A stretch of 64,000 bases of DNA from Escherichia coli (GTDB lineage Bacteria; Pseudomonadota; Gammaproteobacteria; Enterobacterales; Enterobacteriaceae), in the NCBI RefSeq assembly GCF_041248615.1, contig NZ_CP158426.1; one strand, written 5' to 3'. Below, piece after piece: positions 44,532 to 54,295 of this stretch (within the stretch, counting starts at the first letter, position 1; each line of letters begins with the position of its first letter). Below the pieces are notes generated by a model. The model saw only the letters and a program-made list of their open reading frames with translations, searched no databases and was not told the DNA's origin. Both the position numbers and the translations under genes were made by a program.

Positions 44532-44718
44532 CGTTAACCTCCCCTCCTTGACACCACGCTTTTGTCTACATTCTACGCAAACGGCAACTTTTATAACCAG
44601 TGTAAAAATAACGTGCCGCAATAGTCATACCTATTAATGGTAAAAAGCTGTCACAATTCATAAAAAACCTTAATATACGCCACCCTAAACATAACCAGCG
44701 TTAATGTAAGGTTTTTGT

Positions 44719-46956
44719 GTGGACTGGCTTCTTGATGTTTTTGCTACCTGGCTCTACGGCTTAAAAGTAATCGCGATAACGTTAGCGGTCATCATGTTCA
44801 TCAGCGGGCTGGACGATTTTTTTATTGATGTCGTCTACTGGGTACGCCGCATTAAACGCAAGTTGAGTGTTTATCGCCGCTACCCGCGAATGAGTTACCG
44901 CGAACTGTATAAACCAGATGAAAAACCGTTAGCGATTATGGTTCCGGCGTGGAATGAAACGGGCGTCATCGGCAATATGGCCGAGCTGGCGGCGACCACG
45001 CTCGACTATGAAAACTATCATATCTTTGTTGGCACCTACCCCAACGACCCCGATACTCAGCGTGATGTTGACGAAGTGTGCGCTCGCTTCCCGAATGTGC
45101 ATAAGGTAGTCTGCGCGCGTCCTGGCCCCACCAGCAAAGCCGACTGCCTGAACAACGTGCTGGACGCCATCACCCAGTTTGAGCGTAGCGCCAATTTCGC
45201 TTTTGCTGGTTTTATTCTGCATGACGCCGAAGACGTAATTTCACCGATGGAATTGCGTCTGTTCAACTATCTGGTCGAGCGTAAAGATCTGATTCAGATC
45301 CCGGTGTATCCGTTCGAACGCGAATGGACGCACTTCACCAGCATGACTTACATTGATGAGTTTTCAGAACTGCATGGCAAAGATGTTCCGGTGCGTGAAG
45401 CCCTCGCCGGACAAGTGCCCAGCGCAGGCGTCGGCACCTGTTTCAGCCGCCGCGCCGTGACCGCACTGTTAGCTGACGGTGACGGTATTGCTTTCGACGT
45501 GCAGAGTCTTACTGAAGATTACGACATTGGTTTCCGCCTGAAAGAAAAAGGTATGACGGAAATTTTTGTCCGTTTTCCGGTGGTGGACGAAGTCAAAGAA
45601 CGCGAGCAGCGTAAATTTTTACAGCACGCGCGGACGTCAAACATGATCTGCGTGCGCGAATATTTCCCCGATACCTTTTCGACTGCGGTTCGACAAAAAT
45701 CTCGCTGGATCATCGGCATTGTTTTCCAGGGCTTTAAAACCCACAAATGGACCTCCAGCCTGACGCTGAACTACTTTCTCTGGCGCGACCGCAAAGGGGC
45801 AATCAGTAACTTTGTCAGCTTCCTCGCGATGCTGGTGATGATCCAGCTTTTGCTGTTGCTGGCGTATGAAAGTTTGTGGCCCGATGCCTGGCATTTCCTT
45901 TCTATTTTCAGCGGCAGCGCATGGTTAATGACTCTGCTGTGGCTAAACTTTGGCTTGATGATTAACCGCATCGTGCAGCGGGTGATTTTCGTTACTGGCT
46001 ACTACGGCCTGACGCAGGGGCTGCTATCTGTCCTGCGTCTTTTCTGGGGCAACCTGATTAACTTCATGGCCAACTGGCGCGCGTTAAAACAGGTACTTCA
46101 ACACGGCGATCCACGTCGTGTCGCGTGGGATAAAACAACGCATGACTTCCCCAGCGTGACTGGCGATACCCGCTCGTTGCGTCCGTTAGGTCAAATCCTG
46201 CTGGAAAATCAGGTCATCACTGAAGAACAACTCGATACAGCACTGCGTAATCGCGTCGAAGGTCTACGCCTGGGCGGTTCAATGCTGATGCAGGGGCTGA
46301 TTAGCGCCGAACAGCTGGCACAGGCGCTGGCAGAGCAAAACGGCGTGGCGTGGGAGTCGATCGACGCCTGGCAGATCCCTTCATCACTGATTGCCGAAAT
46401 GCCGGCCTCCGTGGCGCTGCATTATGCAGTACTGCCGCTGCGTCTGGAAAATGATGAGTTAATTGTCGGCAGTGAAGATGGTATTGACCCGGTTTCGCTG
46501 GCGGCCCTGACGCGTAAAGTCGGACGCAAAGTGCGTTACGTCATTGTTCTGCGGGGACAAATTGTCACGGGGTTACGCCACTGGTATGCGCGCCGACGCG
46601 GTCACGATCCGCGGGCAATGTTGTACAATGCGGTTCAGCATCAGTGGCTCACGGAACAGCAGGCCGGTGAAATCTGGCGGCAATATGTGCCGCATCAGTT
46701 CCTGTTCGCCGAAATACTGACCACACTCGGTCATATTAATCGTTCAGCAATTAACGTGTTGTTATTGCGCCATGAACGTAGTTCTCTGCCGCTCGGCAAG
46801 TTTTTGGTCACCGAAGGCGTTATCAGCCAGGAAACGTTGGATCGCGTCCTGACAATTCAACGCGAATTACAAGTTTCGATGCAATCACTATTACTCAAAG
46901 CAGGTTTAAACACAGAACAGGTTGCGCAACTGGAGTCCGAAAATGAAGGAGAATAA
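44719..46956 (+). CDS. nfrB: Bacteriophage N4 adsorption protein B (inner membrane family-2 glycosyltransferase with C-terminal regulatory domain)
   Basis: 745 aa, GTG start, N-terminal TM plus GT2 domain. Confidence 0.95.
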   Translation: MDWLLDVFATWLYGLKVIAITLAVIMFISGLDDFFIDVVYWVRRIKRKLSVYRRYPRMSYRELYKPDEKPLAIMVPAWNETGVIGNMAELAATTLDYENYHIFVGTYPNDPDTQRDVDEVCARFPNVHKVVCARPGPTSKADCLNNVLDAITQFERSANFAFAGFILHDAEDVISPMELRLFNYLVERKDLIQIPVYPFEREWTHFTSMTYIDEFSELHGKDVPVREALAGQVPSAGVGTCFSRRAVTALLADGDGIAFDVQSLTEDYDIGFRLKEKGMTEIFVRFPVVDEVKEREQRKFLQHARTSNMICVREYFPDTFSTAVRQKSRWIIGIVFQGFKTHKWTSSLTLNYFLWRDRKGAISNFVSFLAMLVMIQLLLLLAYESLWPDAWHFLSIFSGSAWLMTLLWLNFGLMINRIVQRVIFVTGYYGLTQGLLSVLRLFWGNLINFMANWRALKQVLQHGDPRRVAWDKTTHDFPSVTGDTRSLRPLGQILLENQVITEEQLDTALRNRVEGLRLGGSMLMQGLISAEQLAQALAEQNGVAWESIDAWQIPSSLIAEMPASVALHYAVLPLRLENDELIVGSEDGIDPVSLAALTRKVGRKVRYVIVLRGQIVTGLRHWYARRRGHDPRAMLYNAVQHQWLTEQQAGEIWRQYVPHQFLFAEILTTLGHINRSAINVLLLRHERSSLPLGKFLVTEGVISQETLDRVLTIQRELQVSMQSLLLKAGLNTEQVAQLESENEGE

Positions 46957-49915
46957 CCTTAATCGCGTCATCGGATGGTCTGGTTTACTGCTGACGTCTT
47001 TATTGAGTACCAGCGCACTCGCAGACAATATCGGCACCAGCGCAGAAGAGCTGGGGCTGAGCGATTATCGCCATTTTGTTATTTATCCCCGTCTCGACAA
47101 GGCGCTGAAGGCACAGAAAAATAACGACGAAGCAACCGCCATCCGCGAATTTGAATATATACACCAGCAGGTGCCGGATAATATTCCGCTAACTTTATAC
47201 CTTGCGGAAGCCTATCGCCATTTTGGTCATGATGACCGGGCGCGGCTGTTGCTTGAGGATCAACTGAAACGTCACCCAGGAGATGCCCGACTTGAGCGCA
47301 GTCTGGCGGCTATTCCAGTTGAAGTGAAAAGCGTTACGACTGTTGAAGAACTGCTTGCCCAGCAAAAAGCGTGCGATGCTGCGCCGACCCTGCGTTGTCG
47401 CAGTGAAGTTGGGCAGAATGCCCTGCGGCTGGCACAATTACCTGTCGCCAGAGCGCAACTGAACGATGCGACGTTTGCTGCATCGCCGGAAGGAAAAACG
47501 CTGCGAACCGATCTGCTGCAACGGGCAATCTACCTGAAGCAATGGTCCCAGGCAGATACGCTATACAATGAAGCACGCCAGCAGAACACATTAAGCGCGG
47601 CAGAACGCCGCCAGTGGTTTGATGTGCTTCTTGCCGGGCAGCTGGACGATCGGATCCTGGCGCTGCAATCACAGGGGATCTTCACCGATCCGCAGTCATA
47701 TATTACTTACGCGACCGCGCTGGCTTATCGTGACGAAAAAGCACGCCTCCAGCGTTATCTCATTGAAAATACGCCGCTATTTACCACGGACGCACAAGAG
47801 AAAAGTTGGCTCTATCTGTTATCTAAATACAGCGGCAACCCCGTTCAGGCGTTGGCGAATTATACGGTACAGTTTGCCGACAACCGCCAGTATGTTGTTG
47901 GCGCGACGCTACCGGTGCTGTTAAAAGAAGGTCAGTACGACGCAGCGCAAAAACTGCTCGCCACCCTCCCCGCCAATGAAATGCTTGAGGAGCGTTATAC
48001 CGTTAGCGTAGCGACCCATAACAAGGCTGAAGCTCTGCGTCTGGCACGATTGCTGTATCAGCAAGAACCGGAAAATCTTACCCGCCTGGATCAACTGACC
48101 TGGCAACTGATGCAGAACGAGCAGTCACGCGAAGCTGCCGATTTATTGCTGCAACGCTATCCTTTCCAGGGCGATGCGCGTGTCAGCCAGACTTTAATGG
48201 CGCGACTGGCGTCTCTGCTGGAAAGTCATCCTTACCTGGCAACGCCGGCGAAGGTGGCGATTTTATCGAAACCCTTACCGCTGGCGGAGCAACGTCAGTG
48301 GCAAAGTCAGTTGCCGGGTATTGCAGATAATTGCCCGGCAATAGTTCGCTTGCTGGGCGATATGTCGCCTTCCTACGATGCCGCCGCCTGGAACCGTCTG
48401 GCAAAGTGTTATCGGGACACGCTACCCGGTGTGGCGTTGTATGCATGGCTTCAGGCCGAACAACGACAACCGAACGCCTGGCAACATCGTGCGGTAGCCT
48501 ATCAGGCGTATCAGGTTGAGGATTACGCCACCGCACTGGCGGCCTGGCAGAAAATCAGTCTTCACGACATGAGCAATGAGGATCTGCTTGCTGCTGCCAA
48601 TACCGCCCAGGCGGCAGGAAATGGTGCGGCTCGCGATCGCTGGCTTCAGCAGGCAGAACAACGTGGGCTGGGAAACAATGCCCTCTACTGGTGGCTGCAT
48701 GCGCAACGTTACATTCCTGGTCAGCCGGAACTCGCACTGAACGATCTCACGCGCTCAATCAATATTGCGCCTTCTGCCAACGCTTACGTTGCGCGGGCGA
48801 CAATTTATCGCCAACGTCATAATGTCCCGGCGGCGGTGAGTGATTTGCGCGCCGCGCTGGAACTGGAACCGAATAATAGCAACACCCAGGCAGCGCTCGG
48901 TTACGCCTTGTGGGATAGCGGTGATATCGCACAGTCGCGGGAAATGCTCGAACAGGCGCATAAAGGGCTACCGGACGATCCGGCACTTATCCGACAACTG
49001 GCCTACGTGAACCAGCGTCTGGATGACATGCCTGCGACGCAGCACTACGCCCGGCTGGTGATTGATGACATTGATAATCAGGCGCTGATAACCCCACTGA
49101 CCCCAGAGCAAAATCAGCAACGCTTCAATTTCCGCCGTCTGCATGAGGAGGTCGGTCGCCGCTGGACGTTCAGTTTCGATTCTTCCATCGGCTTGCGTTC
49201 CGGCGCAATGAGTACCGCTAACAATAATGTCGGCGGCGCAGCGCCAGGGAAAAGCTATCGTAGCTACGGGCAACTGGAAGCCGAGTACCGCATCGGACGC
49301 AATATGCTGCTGGAAGGCGACCTGCTCTCAGTTTATAGCCGCGTCTTTGCCGATACCGGAGAAAACGGGGTGATGATGCCGGTGAAAAATCCGATGTCCG
49401 GCACCGGTCTGCGCTGGAAGCCGCTGCGCGATCAGATCTTTTTCCTCGCAGTCGAACAGCAGTTGCCGCTGAACGGGCAAAATGGCGCATCCGATACCAT
49501 GCTGCGCGCCAGCGCCTCATTCTTTAATGGCGGCAAATACAGCGACGAATGGCACCCGAACGGTTCAGGCTGGTTTGCCCAAAACCTGTACCTCGATGCG
49601 GCGCAATATGTCCGCCAGGATATTCAGGCGTGGACGGCAGATTATCGCGTAAGCTGGCATCAGAAGGTGGCGAACGGACAGACTATTGAGCCTTACGCTC
49701 ACGTTCAGGACAACGGTTATCGTGATAAAGGCACTCAGGGCGCGCAGCTTGGCGGTGTCGGGGTCCGCTGGAATATCTGGACCGGCGAGACGCACTACGA
49801 CGCCTGGCCGCACAAAGTCAGTCTCGGCATCGAATATCAACATACCTTTAAGGCGATTAATCAACGTAACGGAGAGCGCAACAACGCGTTTCTCACCATT
49901 GGAGTGCACTGGTAA
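46943..49915 (+). CDS. nfrA: Bacteriophage N4 adsorption protein A (outer membrane, TPR-containing)
   Basis: 990 aa from MKENNLNRVIGWSG; signal peptide; overlaps nfrB 3' end. Confidence 0.95.
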   Translation: MKENNLNRVIGWSGLLLTSLLSTSALADNIGTSAEELGLSDYRHFVIYPRLDKALKAQKNNDEATAIREFEYIHQQVPDNIPLTLYLAEAYRHFGHDDRARLLLEDQLKRHPGDARLERSLAAIPVEVKSVTTVEELLAQQKACDAAPTLRCRSEVGQNALRLAQLPVARAQLNDATFAASPEGKTLRTDLLQRAIYLKQWSQADTLYNEARQQNTLSAAERRQWFDVLLAGQLDDRILALQSQGIFTDPQSYITYATALAYRDEKARLQRYLIENTPLFTTDAQEKSWLYLLSKYSGNPVQALANYTVQFADNRQYVVGATLPVLLKEGQYDAAQKLLATLPANEMLEERYTVSVATHNKAEALRLARLLYQQEPENLTRLDQLTWQLMQNEQSREAADLLLQRYPFQGDARVSQTLMARLASLLESHPYLATPAKVAILSKPLPLAEQRQWQSQLPGIADNCPAIVRLLGDMSPSYDAAAWNRLAKCYRDTLPGVALYAWLQAEQRQPNAWQHRAVAYQAYQVEDYATALAAWQKISLHDMSNEDLLAAANTAQAAGNGAARDRWLQQAEQRGLGNNALYWWLHAQRYIPGQPELALNDLTRSINIAPSANAYVARATIYRQRHNVPAAVSDLRAALELEPNNSNTQAALGYALWDSGDIAQSREMLEQAHKGLPDDPALIRQLAYVNQRLDDMPATQHYARLVIDDIDNQALITPLTPEQNQQRFNFRRLHEEVGRRWTFSFDSSIGLRSGAMSTANNNVGGAAPGKSYRSYGQLEAEYRIGRNMLLEGDLLSVYSRVFADTGENGVMMPVKNPMSGTGLRWKPLRDQIFFLAVEQQLPLNGQNGASDTMLRASASFFNGGKYSDEWHPNGSGWFAQNLYLDAAQYVRQDIQAWTADYRVSWHQKVANGQTIEPYAHVQDNGYRDKGTQGAQLGGVGVRWNIWTGETHYDAWPHKVSLGIEYQHTFKAINQRNGERNNAFLTIGVHW

Positions 49916-50806
49916 ATGCGTAAGTTCATTTTCGTATTGCTGACACTGCTTTTGGTCAGCCCTTTTTCCTTTGCGATGAAAGGTATTATCTGGCAACCAC
50001 AAAACCGTGATAGTCAGGTTACCGATACCCAGTGGCAGGGGCTGATGAGTCAGTTACGTTTGCAAGGCTTCGATACCCTGGTTTTGCAATGGACCCGTTA
50101 CGGCGATGCATTCACCCAGCCAGAACAGCGCGCGTTATTGTTTAAGCGTGCAGCAGCTGCGCAACAGGCTGGCCTGAAGCTGATTGTCGGGCTGAATGCC
50201 GATCCGGAATTTTTTATGCACCAGAAACAGTCATCCGCGGCGCTGGAAAGCTATCTTAATCGCCTGCTGGCTGCCGATCTCCAGCAAGCCAGATTATGGA
50301 GCGCCGCGCCTGGCGTAACGCCGGATGGCTGGTACATCAGCGCGGAAATTGACGACCTGAACTGGCGCAGCGAAGCCGCCCGTCAACCGTTGCTGACATG
50401 GTTAAACAACGCGCAGCGGTTGATTAGCGATGTTTCAGCAAAACCGGTTTATATCAGTAGTTTTTTCGCCGGAAACATGTCGCCCGATGGCTATCGCCAA
50501 CTGCTGGAACAAGTTAAAACAACCGGCGTTAATGTCTGGGTACAGGATGGCAGCGGCGTGAATAAACTTACCGTTGAACAGCGTGAACGTTATCTACAGG
50601 CCAGCGCCGATTGCCAAAGTTCCGCCCCTGCCAGCGGCATTGTTTATGAACTGTTTGTCGCCGGCAAAGGTAAAACCTTTACAGCGAAACCGAAACCGGA
50701 TGCAGAGATCGCCTCGCTGTTAGCGAAACGTTCCTCTTGCGGTAAAGACACGCTCTATTTCTCTCTGCGCTATTTGCCCGTTGCGCACGGCATTCTCGAG
50801 TATTAA
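49916..50806 (+). CDS. ybcH: Periplasmic protein YbcH (nfrB-nfrA-ybcH operon)
   Basis: 296 aa with signal peptide; start abuts nfrA stop. Confidence 0.9.
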   Translation: MRKFIFVLLTLLLVSPFSFAMKGIIWQPQNRDSQVTDTQWQGLMSQLRLQGFDTLVLQWTRYGDAFTQPEQRALLFKRAAAAQQAGLKLIVGLNADPEFFMHQKQSSAALESYLNRLLAADLQQARLWSAAPGVTPDGWYISAEIDDLNWRSEAARQPLLTWLNNAQRLISDVSAKPVYISSFFAGNMSPDGYRQLLEQVKTTGVNVWVQDGSGVNKLTVEQRERYLQASADCQSSAPASGIVYELFVAGKGKTFTAKPKPDAEIASLLAKRSSCGKDTLYFSLRYLPVAHGILEY

Positions 50807-50988
50807 ATCCCCTCCAGGTAAGTCGGGTACGACCTGGCTTACCTCTTTCGCTCTCGTCAGAATTCCATCAAGATTAATTGCTAAAAAGCGTGCTAAAGAA
50901 AGAAGATCGTTATCGGCGAACGGGCCGATCACTCATGCAGGAAGCATAGATCCTTTGAGCGGAGTTTCTGATATCTGAGGAGTGCGAA

Positions 50989-51750
50989 ATGCAATTGAGC
51001 AGCAGTGAACCTTGCGTAGTGATCCTGACCGAAAAAGAGGTAGAGGTAAGCGTCAATAACCATGCCACGTTTACCCTTCCGAAAAATTACCTGGCCGCCT
51101 TCGCGTGCAACAATAACGTCATTGAACTCTCAACGTTAAATCACGTATTAATCACCCACATCAACCGCAACATCATCAACGATTATCTGTTGTTTTTAAA
51201 TAAGAACTTAACCTGCGTAAAGCCCTGGTCGCGGCTGGCTACCCCGGTTATCGCTTGTCATAGCCGTACACCGGAAGTGTTCCGGCTAGCCGCCAACCAC
51301 AGCAAGCAGCAACCCAGCAAACCCTGCGAAGCGGAGTTGACGCGCGCATTGCTTTTTACCGTATTGTCTAACTTTCTTGAGCAATCGCGGTTTATTGCCC
51401 TACTGATGTATATCTTACGCAGCAGCGTCCGCGACAGCGTCTGCCGCATTATTCAAAGCGATATTCAGCATTACTGGAATCTGCGAATTGTCGCCAGTTC
51501 GCTATGTTTAAGCCCCAGCCTGCTCAAAAAGAAATTAAAAAACGAAAATACCAGCTATAGCCAGATTGTCACAGAGTGTCGTATGCGTTACGCCGTACAG
51601 ATGTTATTGATGGATAACAAAAATATCACTCAGGTAGCGCAATTATGTGGCTATAGCAGCACGTCGTACTTTATCTCTGTTTTTAAGGCGTTTTACGGCC
51701 TGACACCGTTGAATTATCTCGCCAAACAGCGACAAAAAGTGATGTGGTGA
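50989..51750 (+). CDS. envY: AraC-family transcriptional regulator EnvY
   Basis: 253 aa, C-terminal AraC-type HTH. Confidence 0.9.
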   Translation: MQLSSSEPCVVILTEKEVEVSVNNHATFTLPKNYLAAFACNNNVIELSTLNHVLITHINRNIINDYLLFLNKNLTCVKPWSRLATPVIACHSRTPEVFRLAANHSKQQPSKPCEAELTRALLFTVLSNFLEQSRFIALLMYILRSSVRDSVCRIIQSDIQHYWNLRIVASSLCLSPSLLKKKLKNENTSYSQIVTECRMRYAVQMLLMDNKNITQVAQLCGYSSTSYFISVFKAFYGLTPLNYLAKQRQKVMW

Positions 51751-51795
51751 AGGGCAAAGCGGAAACGGATAAGACGGGGATAAATGAAGAAGAAA

Positions 51796-51872
51796 TGGCG
51801 CGCCCTGCAGGATTCGAACCTGCGGCCCACGACTTAGAAGGTCGTTGCTCTATCCAACTGAGCTAAGGGCGC
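51796..51872 (-). tRNA. argU: tRNA-Arg (anticodon UCU), full length, 3' CCA encoded
   Basis: 77-nt cloverleaf on minus strand: GCGCCCTTAGCTCAGTTGGATAGAGCAACGACCTTCTAAGTCGTGGGCCGCAGGTTCGAATCCTGCAGGGCGCGCCA. Confidence 0.95.
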
Positions 51873-52114
51873 GTTGATACCGCAATGCGGTGTAATCGCG
51901 TGAATTATACGGTCAACCCTTGCTGAGTCAATGGCTTTTGATCTGGTTGCTGAACAAGTGAACGACCGCGTCTGATTTTCTGATTTATTTCGCTATAGCG
52001 GCAAACAAACGTACACCGCTGCGCGTCTGAATCAAGAAAACCCGTATTTTCATGTATCAAAGTACAATTTCCCGCCCTAACGGAAAATTGTCCGATCCTA
52101 TGAGACTGGTAACT

Positions 52115-52747
52115 ATGAAACCAACGTCGGTGATCATTATGGATACTCATCCTATCATCAGAATGTCTATTGAAGTTCTGTTGCAAAAAAACAATGAATT
52201 GCAAATTGTCCTGAAAACGGATGATTATCGCATAACCATCGATTATCTCCGAACCCGTCCTGTTGATTTAATTATTATGGATATAGACTTGCCCGGAACA
52301 GACGGTTTTACCTTCCTGAAAAGGATCAAACAAATCCAGAGCACAGTGAAAGTATTATTTTTATCATCGAAATCAGAATGCTTTTATGCTGGCAGAGCGA
52401 TACAAGCTGGTGCTAACGGTTTTGTCAGTAAATGCAATGATCAGAATGATATTTTTCACGCCGTTCAGATGATCCTCTCCGGATACACTTTTTTCCCCAG
52501 CGAAACGCTCAACTATATAAAAAGCAATAAATGCAGTACGAATAGTTCAACGGTCACGGTGCTATCTAATCGTGAAGTGACCATATTACGTTATCTGGTT
52601 AGCGGATTATCCAATAAAGAAATTGCCGATAAGTTATTACTTAGCAATAAAACAGTTAGTGCGCATAAATCTAATATTTATGGCAAGCTAGGTTTGCATT
52701 CAATTGTAGAGCTTATCGACTACGCCAAATTATATGAATTAATATAA
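52115..52747 (+). CDS. fimZ: LuxR-family response regulator (fimbrial regulator FimZ/SfmZ)
   Basis: 210 aa from MKPTSVIIMDTHP; receiver domain plus C-terminal LuxR HTH. Confidence 0.9.
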   Translation: MKPTSVIIMDTHPIIRMSIEVLLQKNNELQIVLKTDDYRITIDYLRTRPVDLIIMDIDLPGTDGFTFLKRIKQIQSTVKVLFLSSKSECFYAGRAIQAGANGFVSKCNDQNDIFHAVQMILSGYTFFPSETLNYIKSNKCSTNSSTVTVLSNREVTILRYLVSGLSNKEIADKLLLSNKTVSAHKSNIYGKLGLHSIVELIDYAKLYELI

Positions 52748-52749
52748 TA

Positions 52750-53265
52750 TTAATTATAATTGATCATAAATATCGCATCCGCTTTCGCCACACCTGGCTG
52801 AACACCGCTGGCTAACGCTCGATAATTGGCAAAAAAGTTTAGTGTGACATTGCCATTTGCATCTACTTCCTCAGTCGGGCTCGCCTCCCCCAGTGCGAGC
52901 CGGGAGCGATCGCTATTACGTAATTCGATGGCGACGGTTTGTGCCATTGCGGGATCATCCAGAGCCAGCAGGTTGGCATCAGATGCCGGCGTTCCCGTAA
53001 ATAAAATCGCAACTGAACCCGGAGGACATCCCTCCAGCCGCAGGCTAAAAGGGACGAGTGCCGTGGTATCGCCAGCGCTCAGTAATTGTGTCGTAGGCCA
53101 TCTGCCTAAATCTACCGTCTTATCCTTATCCGCTGTGTTTACGGTACAGGAGAAATCAACAACGTTACCGTGCAAATTGATATTAATCGTTCCTAAAGGG
53201 TCAACTGCCCATCCACTGGAACTCCACAGTAGCCCGCAGAAACAGCTAAAGAGTACTCTTCTCAT
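52750..53265 (-). CDS. sfmF: Fimbrial-like minor subunit SfmF
   Basis: 171 aa from MRRVLFSCFCG within the 236-aa track ORF; signal peptide, fimbrial C-terminus. Confidence 0.9.
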   Translation of the reverse strand: MRRVLFSCFCGLLWSSSGWAVDPLGTININLHGNVVDFSCTVNTADKDKTVDLGRWPTTQLLSAGDTTALVPFSLRLEGCPPGSVAILFTGTPASDANLLALDDPAMAQTVAIELRNSDRSRLALGEASPTEEVDANGNVTLNFFANYRALASGVQPGVAKADAIFMINYN

Positions 53266-53275
53266 TCTCCGTACC

Positions 53276-54283
53276 TCATTGATAATCGACGCGTAAATAC
53301 CCCAGCGCGCTAAACGGCCCTTCGGTCGGTTTTTGACCGGTAATACTGATAGGCCAGGCGCGAAGTGTGACATTGGCTGCCGCAGCTGCATCCAGACGGA
53401 AAGGAATAACGCTATTGAGATCGTTAGGCGTGATCGGCGTATCGTTCTGATCGGCCACAATAAAACCTAAATCCTGATTGTCCGACACCATCGCCTGACC
53501 AGAAACGGCACTGGCTTCCAGACGCATTGTTAAATAAGCCTGCGCAGCAACATTCGTACATTTGATCGCAATGCTCTTGGTTTGCGGCATGACACCAGCT
53601 GGTCGATTCCCCGGCCCTGCCGCACTAAATAACGATGCGCCGATATCACCAAAATCAAATTCAACAATTTGCCCGGCATTTAATTCGCAGTTTTGCGGTA
53701 CTTCAACCCGGCCACCAAAACTAATGGTATAAACAGGTGTAACCAACGGATCGTTAGGCGTTGATGTCACATACACGGTAAACATCACCTGTCTGGGGAT
53801 CTCCACCATGTTAATAAAGGGACGAATAACCTTTAAACGAAATATCAAACGAGAATCCATCACCCCGAACGGAAGGTTTTGCGAAACGTTAGGATCTGTT
53901 CCCATACGAATATAATTTTGCGGGGGGAATTGAATATCCATCACGCTATCAACCAGACTCATCGCACCTAATAGATAATCATTTAATTGCATATATTTAT
54001 AATTATCGATAGTTTCCTGAACAATAAAGTTGGTGACATAACTACGGTATGTATAATTCACCAGCGTGCCGGGTGGACAAATTGCTGATACACCTACCCA
54101 GCCGGATTTTTCCGGTAAAATAACAATCTGCCCTGGCTGGTTATTGGTGCTATTAAAGACATTTGAGAGATCATAGTGTTCATCTTCTGCTACGCCAGTA
54201 CTATTTGCACAAACAGTAGCCCAGGATATGTTTGTTAACCACAAACATGCCATCGCCAATAATAATCTGCAGATTATCTTCAT
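53276..54283 (-). CDS. sfmH: Fimbrial adhesin-like protein SfmH (start codon uncertain)
   Basis: 335-aa track ORF with signal peptide; chaperone-usher operon context. Confidence 0.85.
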   Translation of the reverse strand: MKIICRLLLAMACLWLTNISWATVCANSTGVAEDEHYDLSNVFNSTNNQPGQIVILPEKSGWVGVSAICPPGTLVNYTYRSYVTNFIVQETIDNYKYMQLNDYLLGAMSLVDSVMDIQFPPQNYIRMGTDPNVSQNLPFGVMDSRLIFRLKVIRPFINMVEIPRQVMFTVYVTSTPNDPLVTPVYTISFGGRVEVPQNCELNAGQIVEFDFGDIGASLFSAAGPGNRPAGVMPQTKSIAIKCTNVAAQAYLTMRLEASAVSGQAMVSDNQDLGFIVADQNDTPITPNDLNSVIPFRLDAAAAANVTLRAWPISITGQKPTEGPFSALGYLRVDYQ

Positions 54284-54295
54284 TGATAATTTCCT

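Noticed and set aside
26298-44718. Possibility that the island encodes a type VI secretion apparatus
   Set aside because: No tssA-M, hcp or clpV-like genes are present; only vgrG, Eag-like and PAAR-Rhs cargo genes, so the apparatus must be elsewhere if it exists.
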